A DNA stretch of 34,222 nucleotides from Candidatus Deferrimicrobiaceae bacterium (GTDB taxonomy: Bacteria > Desulfobacterota > Deferrimicrobia > Deferrimicrobiales > Deferrimicrobiaceae), in the NCBI GenBank assembly GCA_041557435.1, contig JBFFGP010000001.1:1-34222 (forward strand), in the 5' to 3' direction. The translations under genes were made by a program, and so were the position numbers. The notes below the pieces were generated by a model that saw only the letters and a list, made by a program, of their open reading frames with translations, was not told the origin of the DNA and made no database searches. Positions 1-8,105 of the stretch are shown here, piece by piece. Numbering within the stretch: the first letter of the stretch is position 1; each line of letters opens with the position of its first letter.

Positions 1-44
1 CTGCGCCGGCAAGTAAGGACCCGGGGCGATGCGTGGGGGAGTCC

Positions 45-146
45 GCGAGGCGGCCTGTGGAGCGAGATCTCGGATTTCGCGAGCGGAACCGGCAGCGAGC
101 GGGCGAAGATCGCGAGCGTAGCCGAGGGGACCTCCCCCCGCGAGCC
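45..146. repeat. Periodic GCGAG motif array (starts at 45, 62, 79, 95, 112 and 140; spacing 17, 17, 16, 17 nt) in a ~320-nt non-coding leader
   Basis: Read directly from the sequence. A perfect 10-bp palindrome CGAGATCTCG lies at 63-72. No credible ORF covers 17-334 on either strand. Confidence 0.5.
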
Positions 147-334
147 AGGGTCCTTTTTCCCTCCCCAAGGACCTCAGGGAAGCGCTGACCGGGCAGGAGT
201 GACGGTCGCAACCGCCGGGACCGGCTCCGCATTCTCGGAGGGGGCCTTTGCTTCATGGCTTGCCTTGCGATTCACCCGCACGGCTGCGCCCCGTCGTGTG
301 CCGCATTCCCGGGAAATTGTTGTAGAATCATCTC

Positions 335-1102
335 GTGCCTCCTATGGGAACGAGGAAACGGTTAGCCGACCTCGGTGCGGTTGCGTCGGGCCTTGCCCAC
401 GAGATCCGCAATCCGTTGAATTCCCTCTACATCAACAGCCAGATTCTCGCGGAGATGCTCGCCGCGCTGCCGGAAGGGGCCACGGACAGGAAGGAAGAGC
501 TCCTTTCCCTCGCCCGGACCAACATGAAGGTCACCCAGCGCCTGAATGACATCCTTTCCGAGTTCCTGCGGTTTGCCCGTCCGACGGCGATGGAGTTCGT
601 TGTGGCGGATTTGAACCGGGTCGTCGCCGACACTCTCCGGTTCCTCGAGGTCGACTTCACGCACCGGGGAATCGAACTTGACGTCTCCTTCCACCCGGAA
701 CCGCTCCCCCTCTTCGCCGATGAGAAACAGTTGCGGCAGGCGCTCCTCAACATCTTCCTCAACGCCGAGGAAGCGATGGACAAGGACCGGAAGATCATCA
801 AGGTGACGACGGGGTTCGAACGGGGACGGCCGTTCGTGCGTGTCGCCGACAATGGCCGGGGGATCTCCCGGTCGGACCGGAAGCAGATCTTCCAGCTCTT
901 TTTCTCCACCAAGAAAAACGGTACCGGTCTGGGACTTCCCATCATCCGGAAGATCGTGCGCGAGCACGGCGGGAAGGTCGGCATCCGCAGTCGGGAAGGA
1001 CTCGGGACGACGGTGACCCTTACTCTCCCTTCGGAAGAGCAATCCAAGGAGAGAATGCAACAGATGGCGGCGGGAAGGCCGCTTCCGGAGAAGGTCCGGT
1101 GA
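335..1102 (+). CDS. Sensor-less histidine kinase (DHp/HisKA plus HATPase_c only), NtrB/AtoS-like
   Basis: H-box GLAHEIRNPLNSL sits about 20 aa from the N-terminus. N-box LLNIFLNAEEAM, G1 DNGRGI and G2 GTGLGLPI are present. An in-frame TAG at 323-325 bounds the ORF, so the start is GTG 335 or ATG 344. The stop overlaps the next start (GTGA at 1099-1102). Confidence 0.82.
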   Translation: MPPMGTRKRLADLGAVASGLAHEIRNPLNSLYINSQILAEMLAALPEGATDRKEELLSLARTNMKVTQRLNDILSEFLRFARPTAMEFVVADLNRVVADTLRFLEVDFTHRGIELDVSFHPEPLPLFADEKQLRQALLNIFLNAEEAMDKDRKIIKVTTGFERGRPFVRVADNGRGISRSDRKQIFQLFFSTKKNGTGLGLPIIRKIVREHGGKVGIRSREGLGTTVTLTLPSEEQSKERMQQMAAGRPLPEKVR

Positions 1103-2484
1103 AAGAGAAGGCGAAAGTTCTCGTATTCGACGACGACACGGACAGCCTCTCGAGCATCGTTGCGGCTTTGCGGCGGGACGGGTTCGAGGTCCATCCCTTT
1201 TCCGACCCGAAGGAGGGGCTTTCCTATCTCGCCTCCGAGGGGGGAGACGTTGTGCTGACCGATCTCAAGATGCCGGGGATCACGGGGATGGATGTGGTCC
1301 ATCGCGTGGTGCAGGACAATCCGGCCGTTCCGGTCGTGGTCGTGACCGCCTTCGGCACCGTGGAGAGCGCGGTGGAGGCGATCCGGGCGGGGGCGTCCGA
1401 CTACCTCATGAAACCGGTGGGGATCCCGCAGTTGCGGGCCGCCGTCTTCAAGGCGACCAAGGAGCGGAGCAAGAACGTGGAGCTCGCGAAGAAGGACAGG
1501 GAGATAAAACGCCTGCGGGAGGAGAGAAAACGGAAACACGGCGTGGGGAGGATCATCGGCGATTCGAGGATGATGGAGGAGATGATCCGGAAAATCCACG
1601 TTGTCGCGCAGACCCGGATGAACGTCCTCATCCTGGGGGAAAGCGGAACGGGCAAGGAACTCGTGGCCCGGGCGATCCACGACGAAAGCCCGAGGTGGGA
1701 TAAGGCCTTCCTGCCGATCAATTGCGCGGCTATCCCTGAGAGTCTCCTCGAATCGGAGCTCTTTGGCCACGAGAAGGGTGCGTTCACCGGCGCGGTCGCC
1801 GCTCGGCAGGGGATGATGGAGATCGCGGAAGGGGGGACCCTGTTCCTCGACGAGGTCGGCGAAATGTCCCTCACGCTGCAGGCCAAGCTATTGCGGGCGA
1901 TCGAGCAGAAGGAAGTGATCCGGGTCGGCGGGTCGGAGGTGATCCGGGTGGATGTACGGATCATCGCGGCGACCAATCAGGATCTCAAGGCGAAAGTGGC
2001 GGGGAAGTCCTTCCGGGAGGACTTGTTCTATCGGCTGAACGTGTTTCCCATTACCGTGCCCCCTTTGCGGGATCGCCGCGAGGACATACCGAAGTTTGCC
2101 ATCCATTTCCTGAAGGAGATCGCACGGGAGAACGATGTTCCCCCCAAGAAATTGTCGGCCGGGGCGCGCATCGCCCTTCTCGCGTACCTGTGGCCGGGAA
2201 ATGTCCGGGAGTTGCGCAACGCCATGGAGACCGCCTCGCTGGTAGCCAGAGGAGAGGCGATCGAAGGGGAGGACCTTCCTCCGGAAATTCTCGAGAACAT
2301 CCTACCTCCCTCCCCTTCCGGGCCGATTCCGCTCCCCTCGTCCCGAACACTCGAGGATATCGAACGGGAGGCCATTCTGGCCGCTTTGGTGAAAACGGAC
2401 GGGAACAAGACACAAGCGGCGAAGATGCTCGGGATCGGGTTGCGCACCCTCCACAGGAAGGTCAAGGAGTACGGGATCTCATGA
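1099..2484 (+). CDS. Sigma-54-dependent response regulator (receiver + AAA+ EBP + Fis-type HTH), NtrC family
   Basis: Receiver with DDD...LTDLKMPG. Walker A GESGTGKE, GAFTGA loop (HEKGAFTGA), Walker B LFLDEVGE. C-terminal HTH GNKTQAAKMLGIGLRTLHRKVKEYGI. Confidence 0.92.
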   Translation: MKEKAKVLVFDDDTDSLSSIVAALRRDGFEVHPFSDPKEGLSYLASEGGDVVLTDLKMPGITGMDVVHRVVQDNPAVPVVVVTAFGTVESAVEAIRAGASDYLMKPVGIPQLRAAVFKATKERSKNVELAKKDREIKRLREERKRKHGVGRIIGDSRMMEEMIRKIHVVAQTRMNVLILGESGTGKELVARAIHDESPRWDKAFLPINCAAIPESLLESELFGHEKGAFTGAVAARQGMMEIAEGGTLFLDEVGEMSLTLQAKLLRAIEQKEVIRVGGSEVIRVDVRIIAATNQDLKAKVAGKSFREDLFYRLNVFPITVPPLRDRREDIPKFAIHFLKEIARENDVPPKKLSAGARIALLAYLWPGNVRELRNAMETASLVARGEAIEGEDLPPEILENILPPSPSGPIPLPSSRTLEDIEREAILAALVKTDGNKTQAAKMLGIGLRTLHRKVKEYGIS

Positions 2485-2532
2485 CCGGAGAAAGGCCCAC
2501 GATATCCCGTCCCCTCGATAGGAAAACGGCGA

Positions 2533-2583
2533 TGCCATTATGGCACTGTCGATGAAGCGGGATGCATGTCATTCTGGCATGCA
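2533..2583 (+). promoter_or_regulatory. Candidate enhancer (UAS) palindromes: TGCCAT-T-ATGGCA (2533-2545) and TGCATG-N9-CATGCA (2563-2583)
   Basis: Both inverted repeats were read directly. They lie about 90-140 nt upstream of the -24/-12-like element, and an AT-rich tract (about 2618-2660) sits in between. This is the classical EBP / DNA-bend / sigma-54 layout. Confidence 0.35.
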
Positions 2584-2665
2584 ATTTTTCCCTCCGCGTT
2601 TCCTTCCCCTATCCTCGTCAGAATAAAATAATAAAAACAATAATATAGGTTTAACACGCGAAGGG

Positions 2666-3091
2666 ATGTCCCTTGGCATGGATATTGATCTACTTAAGGC
2701 GCGGGAGGGGAGAGTGGCACGAAGGGTGGTACTGATAGCGGATGCGCAGGGGGATGACTGGACTCCCATGGCTCCCCTGCTGGGTGCCCTGTCCGATGCG
2801 GGGGCGATGACGGAGCTTTTCTCGGACTGCGCTGCGGGTTTGGTGAGTGCGGTCCGCGGGGGTACGGACCTCCTCGTCATAGACATGGATACGCCTTCGT
2901 TCGGCGGCCTGGACACGTTGGTCAAGATCGGGCGGATCGCATCGCGGGTCCCGGTTCTCCTCCTGTCCGCCGAGGACAGCAATGCGCGGCGGATGTGGGC
3001 CGTGGAGGTGGGCGTGCTGGGGTACGTCACCAAGCCGGTGGACGGGCAGGCGCTCGCGCGTTTCGTGGCGAAGGTGTTGAGAGGATATTAG
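2666..3091 (+). CDS. Stand-alone CheY-like receiver domain protein (alternative start GTG 2714)
   Basis: VVLIADAQGDD...LLVIDMDTPSFGGLD...VLLLSAE...YVTKP places Asp57-, Thr87(Ser)- and Lys109-equivalents correctly. The first Asp of the acidic pair is Ala. If the sigma-54 promoter at 2674 is real, the start must be GTG 2714. Confidence 0.7.
   Translation: MSLGMDIDLLKAREGRVARRVVLIADAQGDDWTPMAPLLGALSDAGAMTELFSDCAAGLVSAVRGGTDLLVIDMDTPSFGGLDTLVKIGRIASRVPVLLLSAEDSNARRMWAVEVGVLGYVTKPVDGQALARFVAKVLRGY
2674..2688 (+). promoter_or_regulatory. Sigma-54 -24/-12-like promoter TGGCAT-GGATA-TTGA
   Basis: Matches TGGCAC-N5-TTGC at GG (2675-2676) with correct spacing to TTG (2685-2687). The -12 C is replaced by A. 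It lies downstream of a sigma-54 EBP gene. An RBS GGGAGGGGAG (2703-2712) and an in-frame GTG (2714) follow. Confidence 0.45.
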
Positions 3092-3122
3092 AACATCATA
3101 AAGGAGAGAGGAGAAAAGGAAG

Positions 3123-5024
3123 ATGGCGAAAATCATCGGGATCGACCTCGGCACCACGAACTCGGCGGTGGCCGTGATGGAAGGCGGGGAGCCCAAGATC
3201 ATCATCAACGAGGAGGGAAGCCGGCTTACGCCTTCGGTGGTCGGCTTCGGCAAGGGGGGCGAGATCCTCGTTGGCCAGGTGGCCAAGCGGCAGGCGGTTC
3301 TGAACCCCGAGAACACCGTCTTCTCGATCAAGCGGTTCATGGGCCGCCGGTACGAGGAGGTAGCCGAGGAGATGAAGCTGGTCCCCTACAAGGTGATCAA
3401 GGATTCCAACCAGAAACCCGCGGTGGCGGCGGGAGGGAAGGAGTACACCCCGGAGCAGATCTCCGCCATGGTGCTGGGGAAGCTGAAAAAAGCCGCGGAG
3501 GCGTATCTGGGCGAGGCGGTGAAGAAAGCGGTCATCACGGTGCCGGCGTACTTCAACGACTCCCAGCGGCAAGCGACCAAGGACGCGGGTGCGATCGCGG
3601 GGCTGGAGGTCCTGCGGATCATCAACGAGCCGACGGCAGCGGCGCTCGCGTACGGCCTCGACAAGAAGAAAAACGAGCTGATCGCGGTCTTCGATTTCGG
3701 GGGGGGCACGTTCGATATCTCGATCCTCGAGGTGGGCGACAACGTCGTCGAGGTGAAGTCGACCAACGGGGATACGCACCTGGGTGGCGACAATATCGAC
3801 ACGCGGATCATCGAGTGGATCGTGACCGAATTCAAGAAGGACCAGGGGATCGACCTGTCCAAGGACCGAACGGCGCTGCAGAGGCTGAAGGAGGGGGCCG
3901 AGAAGGCGAAGATCGAGCTCTCCTCCGTGATGGAGACGGAGATCAGCCTCCCGTTCATCACCGCGGATGCGACGGGGCCCAAGCATCTCCAGTTGAAGCT
4001 CACGCGCAGCAAGCTGGAGCAGATGATCCAGGACATCCTCGACAGGACGCTCCGGCCTTGTGAACTGGCGATCCGGGACGCCGGGATCACCGTGGACAGG
4101 ATCGACGAGGTCGTCCTTGTCGGCGGTTCCACCCGGATTCCGAAGGTCGTCGAGATGGTGAAGGGCTTCTTCCGCCGGGAGCCGCACCAGGGAGTGAACC
4201 CCGACGAGGTGGTGGCGGCGGGCGCCGCCGTTCAGGCGGGCGTGTTAGGCGGAGAGGTGAAGGACCTGCTGCTCCTGGACGTAACCCCGCTGTCGCTCGG
4301 GATCGAGACGCTCGGGGGGGTGATGACGAAGCTCATCGAGAGGAACTCGACGATCCCGGTCCGAAAGAGCGAGATCTTCACGACGGCGGCCGACGGTCAG
4401 ACGAGCGTGGAGGTCCACGTCCTGCAAGGGGAGCGCGAGATGGCGTCCGCCAACCGGACCCTGGGAAGGTTCCACCTCGAGGGGATCCCGGCGGCACCAC
4501 GCGGAGTTCCCAAGATCGAGGTGAGCTTCGACATCGACGCGAACGGCATCCTCCACGTCAACGCGAAGGACACGGCGACCGGCAAGGAGCAGAAGATCAC
4601 GATCACGGCGTCCACCGGTCTCGCCAAGGATGACATCGATCGGATGGTCAAGGAGGCCGAGACGCACTCCGCCGAGGATCGGAAGCGCAAGGCCGTCATC
4701 GAGGCGCGCAACCAGCTCGACTCCCTCGTCTACAACACGGAGAAAACGCTCCGGGAGAACCGGGAGAAGCTGCCCTCCGAGCTTGCGACCGAGGTGGAGA
4801 CCGCCATCAACGAGGCGAAGGAGTCGATGAAGTCCGAGGACGAGACGGTGCTCAAGCAGGCCGCGGAGACGCTCATGCAGCGTTCTCACCGCCTCGCCGA
4901 GCACATGTACAAGGAGACGTCGTCCTCCGCCTCACAACCTCCTCCGGAAGGCGATGCGGAAGGCAAGGAGGGTGAGGGGGAGGTCGTCGACGCCGAGTAC
5001 GAGGACCCCGCCGCGAAGCAGTAG
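3123..5024 (+). CDS. dnaK: Molecular chaperone DnaK (Hsp70)
   Basis: [17 protein letters not shown] and VGGSTRIP signatures, full substrate-binding domain and lid, acidic C-terminus [25 protein letters not shown] lies upstream. Confidence 0.97.
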   Translation: MAKIIGIDLGTTNSAVAVMEGGEPKIIINEEGSRLTPSVVGFGKGGEILVGQVAKRQAVLNPENTVFSIKRFMGRRYEEVAEEMKLVPYKVIKDSNQKPAVAAGGKEYTPEQISAMVLGKLKKAAEAYLGEAVKKAVITVPAYFNDSQRQATKDAGAIAGLEVLRIINEPTAAALAYGLDKKKNELIAVFDFGGGTFDISILEVGDNVVEVKSTNGDTHLGGDNIDTRIIEWIVTEFKKDQGIDLSKDRTALQRLKEGAEKAKIELSSVMETEISLPFITADATGPKHLQLKLTRSKLEQMIQDILDRTLRPCELAIRDAGITVDRIDEVVLVGGSTRIPKVVEMVKGFFRREPHQGVNPDEVVAAGAAVQAGVLGGEVKDLLLLDVTPLSLGIETLGGVMTKLIERNSTIPVRKSEIFTTAADGQTSVEVHVLQGEREMASANRTLGRFHLEGIPAAPRGVPKIEVSFDIDANGILHVNAKDTATGKEQKITITASTGLAKDDIDRMVKEAETHSAEDRKRKAVIEARNQLDSLVYNTEKTLRENREKLPSELATEVETAINEAKESMKSEDETVLKQAAETLMQRSHRLAEHMYKETSSSASQPPPEGDAEGKEGEGEVVDAEYEDPAAKQ

Positions 5025-5123
5025 GAGCGGGGGAGTGGAAGGAACCGGGAATACGCCAAACGTACGATGGGCTCGACCCACTATCCGGCCGGGGAACCGG
5101 ACCGGGGGAAAGGAGGACACATC

Positions 5124-5573
5124 ATGACACTGATTCGTTGGACAGACCCATTTCGGGACGTCGCGGTCCTGCAGGATCGGATGAACCGGCTGTTTGGAGA
5201 CTTCCTCGAGCGTGCCAATCCGCAAGAGGAAGGACTGGGAACGGGCATCTGGATGCCCAATGTGGACATTCACGAAACGAAGGACGCCATCTGCGTCCGG
5301 GCGGAGCTTCCCGGCGTGGGCAAGGACGCCGTCAACGTGGAGGTCAAGGAGGGTGTCCTCACCCTGCGCGGGGAGCGCAAGTTCGAGAAGGATGTCCAGG
5401 AGGAGAATTACCACAGGATCGAGCGGTCCTATGGGACGTTCTACCGGTCCTTCTCGCTGCCCTCTTCGGTCAACGAGGAGAAGGTCTCCGCCAGGATGAA
5501 GGACGGCGTGCTGGAGGTGAACCTGCCCAAAAAGGAGCAGGCGAAGCCGAAGCAGATCGAGATAGCTGCGTAA
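5124..5573 (+). CDS. Small heat-shock protein, Hsp20/alpha-crystallin family (copy 1)
   Basis: Alpha-crystallin core: PNVDIHETKDAICVRAELPGV...LTLRGERK...ERSYGTFYRSFSLP...GVLEVNLPK. ATG 5124 is preceded by AGGAGGA (5111-5117). The ORF-track start at 5067 is rejected. Confidence 0.9.
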   Translation: MTLIRWTDPFRDVAVLQDRMNRLFGDFLERANPQEEGLGTGIWMPNVDIHETKDAICVRAELPGVGKDAVNVEVKEGVLTLRGERKFEKDVQEENYHRIERSYGTFYRSFSLPSSVNEEKVSARMKDGVLEVNLPKKEQAKPKQIEIAA

Positions 5574-5595
5574 CGGAATAGAAATATTGAAAAGT

Positions 5596-5627
5596 CGCCT
5601 CGGCCTCCTACACTGGAGGCCGAGGCG
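5596..5627 (+). promoter_or_regulatory. Perfect 13-bp stem-loop (CGCCTCGGCCTCC / GGAGGCCGAGGCG, loop TACACT) immediately 5' of the hsp20 copy-2 RBS
   Basis: Read directly. CCTCCTA (5604-5610) in the 5' arm is also complementary to TAGGAGG (5632-5638), the Shine-Dalgarno of the next gene. No U-tract follows the stem. Confidence 0.5.
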
Positions 5628-5644
5628 GGGATAGGAGGAGAACC

Positions 5645-6097
5645 ATGGCGATTGTACGCTGGCTGGACCCGTTTCGCGATTTGTCGGCAATCCAGGAAAG
5701 GATGAACCAAATTTTCGAGGATGCCCTGTCCCGCTCCCGAGGGAGAGACGAGGGGCTTAGGACGGGGATGTGGACCCCTGCAGTGGACATCTACGAGAAC
5801 AACGACCACGTCGTGGTCAAGGCGGAGCTTCCCGGTGTGGAGAAGGACCAGATCTCCGTGGAGGTCAAGGACGGGATCCTTTCGCTGCGCGGGGAGCGCA
5901 AGTTCGAGAAGGAGGTCAAGGAGGAGAGTTACCACCGGATCGAGCGGTCCTATGGGAGCTTTCAGCGTTCCTTCTCGTTGCCGGTTTCCGTGAACCAGGA
6001 CAAGGTGACCGCGCGGTTCCAGGACGGGGTCCTGGAGGTGAAACTCCCCAAGAGGGAGCAAGCCAAGCCGAAGCAGATCCATGTGGATGTGAAATAA
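5645..6097 (+). CDS. Small heat-shock protein, Hsp20/alpha-crystallin family (copy 2, tandem paralog)
   Basis: Same architecture as copy 1 (by eye roughly three-quarters aa identity). RBS AGGAGGAG is upstream of ATG 5645. Confidence 0.92.
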   Translation: MAIVRWLDPFRDLSAIQERMNQIFEDALSRSRGRDEGLRTGMWTPAVDIYENNDHVVVKAELPGVEKDQISVEVKDGILSLRGERKFEKEVKEESYHRIERSYGSFQRSFSLPVSVNQDKVTARFQDGVLEVKLPKREQAKPKQIHVDVK

Positions 6098-6169
6098 CCG
6101 CGGATTCGGGGTCCGGGGGGCGATACTGCTCCCCGGAGGTCTTTCCCGGGGAGGGTGGCCGTATCGGGG

Positions 6170-7162
6170 ATGGATCCCAGGAAGAACTATTACGAGGTGT
6201 TGGGCGTGTCGGAAAACGCCACCACGGACGAGATCCGGAAGGCGTTCCGGCGGCTGGCGAAGAAGTACCATCCCGACGTGAACCCCGGGGACAAGGCGGC
6301 GGAAGGCCGGTTCAAGGAGATCAACGAGGCGAACGAGGTCCTGGGCGGCGAAAAGAAGCGAGCGGAATACGACGCGGTCCGGAAAGGGGCCTTCACCGGG
6401 GGATTCGGGGGAGGGGGACCGTTCCGGGGACCGGGCGGCTCCGTGTACGACTCCGGGGGATATGGCCACGGGGAACATTTCGATCTCGGTGACATTTTCG
6501 GTGATCTGCTCCGGGGGAGCGGGTTCGCGCAGAACGCCTCGCGAGGGGCCGACCTCGCAATGGACCTTCCGGTGGATTTCCTCGACATGGCGAGGGGAAC
6601 GGAAAGGGACCTTCAGTACAGACGGCCCAGGGTTTGCCCGGCATGCGGGGGGACCGGCCGGTCGGGGCGTCGCGGGTGCCCGCAGTGCGGGGGAGCCGGC
6701 ACGACGGAGAAGGAAGAGCGGATCAAGGTCAAGATCCCCGCGGGGGCGAGGGACGGTTCCACGATCCGCGTGGCGCGCAAGGGAGGCGAGGGGATCGGCC
6801 CGGGAAAGAGCGGGGATCTCGTCATCCGTCTCCGGATGATCCCCCACCCGTACTTCCGCCGTGAAGGGAACAATGTCTATCTGGATGTTCCGGTCACCTA
6901 TTCCGAGGCGGTGAAGGGGGCGAAGATATCCGTGCCCACGATCGACGGAGAGGTGACGGTGTCGGTTCCGGCGGGTTCGTCGAGCGGCAGGAAGCTCCGG
7001 TTGCGGGGGAGAGGCGTCAAGGCGCCGGGGGCATCCTCGCGGGGCGACCAGTACGTGGTGTTGCATGTGGCTGTACCGAAAGAGCAATCCAGAGATTTTT
7101 TGTCGCTTATCGAGAAGCTCGCGGCATTCGAGGACCCGAATTTGCGAGGCGGGTGGAACTGA
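6170..7162 (+). CDS. dnaJ: DnaJ-class J-domain co-chaperone with a reduced (two-motif) zinc finger
   Basis: J domain NYYEVLGV...[13 protein letters not shown]-rich linker. Only two CxxCxGxG motifs ([16 protein letters not shown]). DnaJ C-terminal beta domains follow. ATG 6170 is preferred over GTG 6155. Confidence 0.85.
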   Translation: MDPRKNYYEVLGVSENATTDEIRKAFRRLAKKYHPDVNPGDKAAEGRFKEINEANEVLGGEKKRAEYDAVRKGAFTGGFGGGGPFRGPGGSVYDSGGYGHGEHFDLGDIFGDLLRGSGFAQNASRGADLAMDLPVDFLDMARGTERDLQYRRPRVCPACGGTGRSGRRGCPQCGGAGTTEKEERIKVKIPAGARDGSTIRVARKGGEGIGPGKSGDLVIRLRMIPHPYFRREGNNVYLDVPVTYSEAVKGAKISVPTIDGEVTVSVPAGSSSGRKLRLRGRGVKAPGASSRGDQYVVLHVAVPKEQSRDFLSLIEKLAAFEDPNLRGGWN

Positions 7163-7210
7163 TTTGGATATAATGGAATCAATACGCAAGAGAGGAGAGT
7201 GAATACGCGT

Positions 7211-8062
7211 ATGGGCAATACTTTGAAAACCGGGTTCCTGCTTGCCCTTCTAACGGTTCTGTTCGTCGCGATCGGGAGCTACGTTGGCGGCCAGGGAGGA
7301 ATGGTCATGGCGTTTGCCTTCGCGGTGCTCATGAACGCGGGGGCCTACTGGTTCTCCGACAAGATCGTACTCAAGATGTATCGCGCCCAGGAGGTATCCG
7401 AAGCGGAGGCGCCGCAGCTCCACGCCACGGTGCACAGGCTCGCAACGGCTGCTTCCCTGCCGATGCCGAAGGTCTATATTATCCCGACGGAATCCCCCAA
7501 CGCCTTCGCCACGGGGAGAAACCCGCAGCACGCCGCCGTCGCCGTGACGCAGGGGATCATGAAAGTTCTTACCCCCGACGAGCTGGAAGGGGTACTTGCC
7601 CACGAAATCGGGCACGTGAAGAACCGGGACATCCTTATCGGGACAATCGCCGCGACGCTTGCGGGGGCCATCATGATTCTGGCGCGGTTCGCCCAGTTCG
7701 CCGCGATCTTCGGGGGAGGAGGAAGGGACCGGGACGAGGGCGGTGGCGTCCTCGGTCTCATCGCGATGGCGATTCTTGCCCCGATCGGCGCGATGCTCGT
7801 CCAGATGGCGGTGTCCCGATCGCGGGAGTACCTGGCCGACGCGAGCGGCGCGAGGTTCTGCGGAAGGCCCGAATCGCTCGCCCGCGCGCTGGAGAAGATC
7901 GCGAGCGCCTCGAGACGCGCTCCCCTGAAGGCCTCGCCTGCAACCGCTCACATGTTTATCCTGAGCCCGCTGTCCGGCAAGGGAATGATGTCGCTGTTCA
8001 GCACGCACCCGCCCGTGGAGAAGAGGGTGGAACGACTGCGTGCGATGCGGGTGGCCGCCTGA
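7211..8062 (+). CDS. htpX: Membrane zinc metalloprotease HtpX (M48 family)
   Basis: [10 protein letters not shown] (HExxH), N-terminal TM helices, and an HtpX-like C-terminal region [17 protein letters not shown] 7211 follows GAGAGGAGAG. The ORF-track start is GTG 7199. Confidence 0.9.
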   Translation: MGNTLKTGFLLALLTVLFVAIGSYVGGQGGMVMAFAFAVLMNAGAYWFSDKIVLKMYRAQEVSEAEAPQLHATVHRLATAASLPMPKVYIIPTESPNAFATGRNPQHAAVAVTQGIMKVLTPDELEGVLAHEIGHVKNRDILIGTIAATLAGAIMILARFAQFAAIFGGGGRDRDEGGGVLGLIAMAILAPIGAMLVQMAVSRSREYLADASGARFCGRPESLARALEKIASASRRAPLKASPATAHMFILSPLSGKGMMSLFSTHPPVEKRVERLRAMRVAA

Positions 8063-8105
8063 AAGCCCAGTCGCCGGAAGGCGGGAGAGGAGAGTCGGAA
8101 ACCTC

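Noticed and set aside
199-549. 116-aa + strand ORF spanning the leader and the start of the kinase
   Set aside because: It is out of frame with the clearly conserved HisKA region, has no RBS and no recognisable domain.
427-1770. Long antisense ORF (447 aa). Similar long opposite-strand ORFs lie at 7998-9842, 11098-13503, 13419-14939, 16532-18076 and 30229-32115.
   Set aside because: Each lies opposite a confidently identified conserved gene. Their translations are Arg/Pro/Gly-rich and low in complexity with no recognisable motifs. These are typical shadow ORFs of GC-rich DNA.
2541-2590. TGGCAC (2541-2546) and TGGCAT (2575-2580) as additional sigma-54 -24 boxes
   Set aside because: Neither has a TTGC-like -12 element at the required spacing (ATGA and TTTT respectively). 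They are more likely half-sites of the upstream palindromes.
7141-7173. Perfect TATAAT (7168-7173) upstream of htpX as an internal promoter
   Set aside because: The only -35-like hexamer (TTGCGA, 7141-7146) is 21 nt away and there is no proper TGn extension. This cannot be decided from sequence alone, so it is left uncalled.
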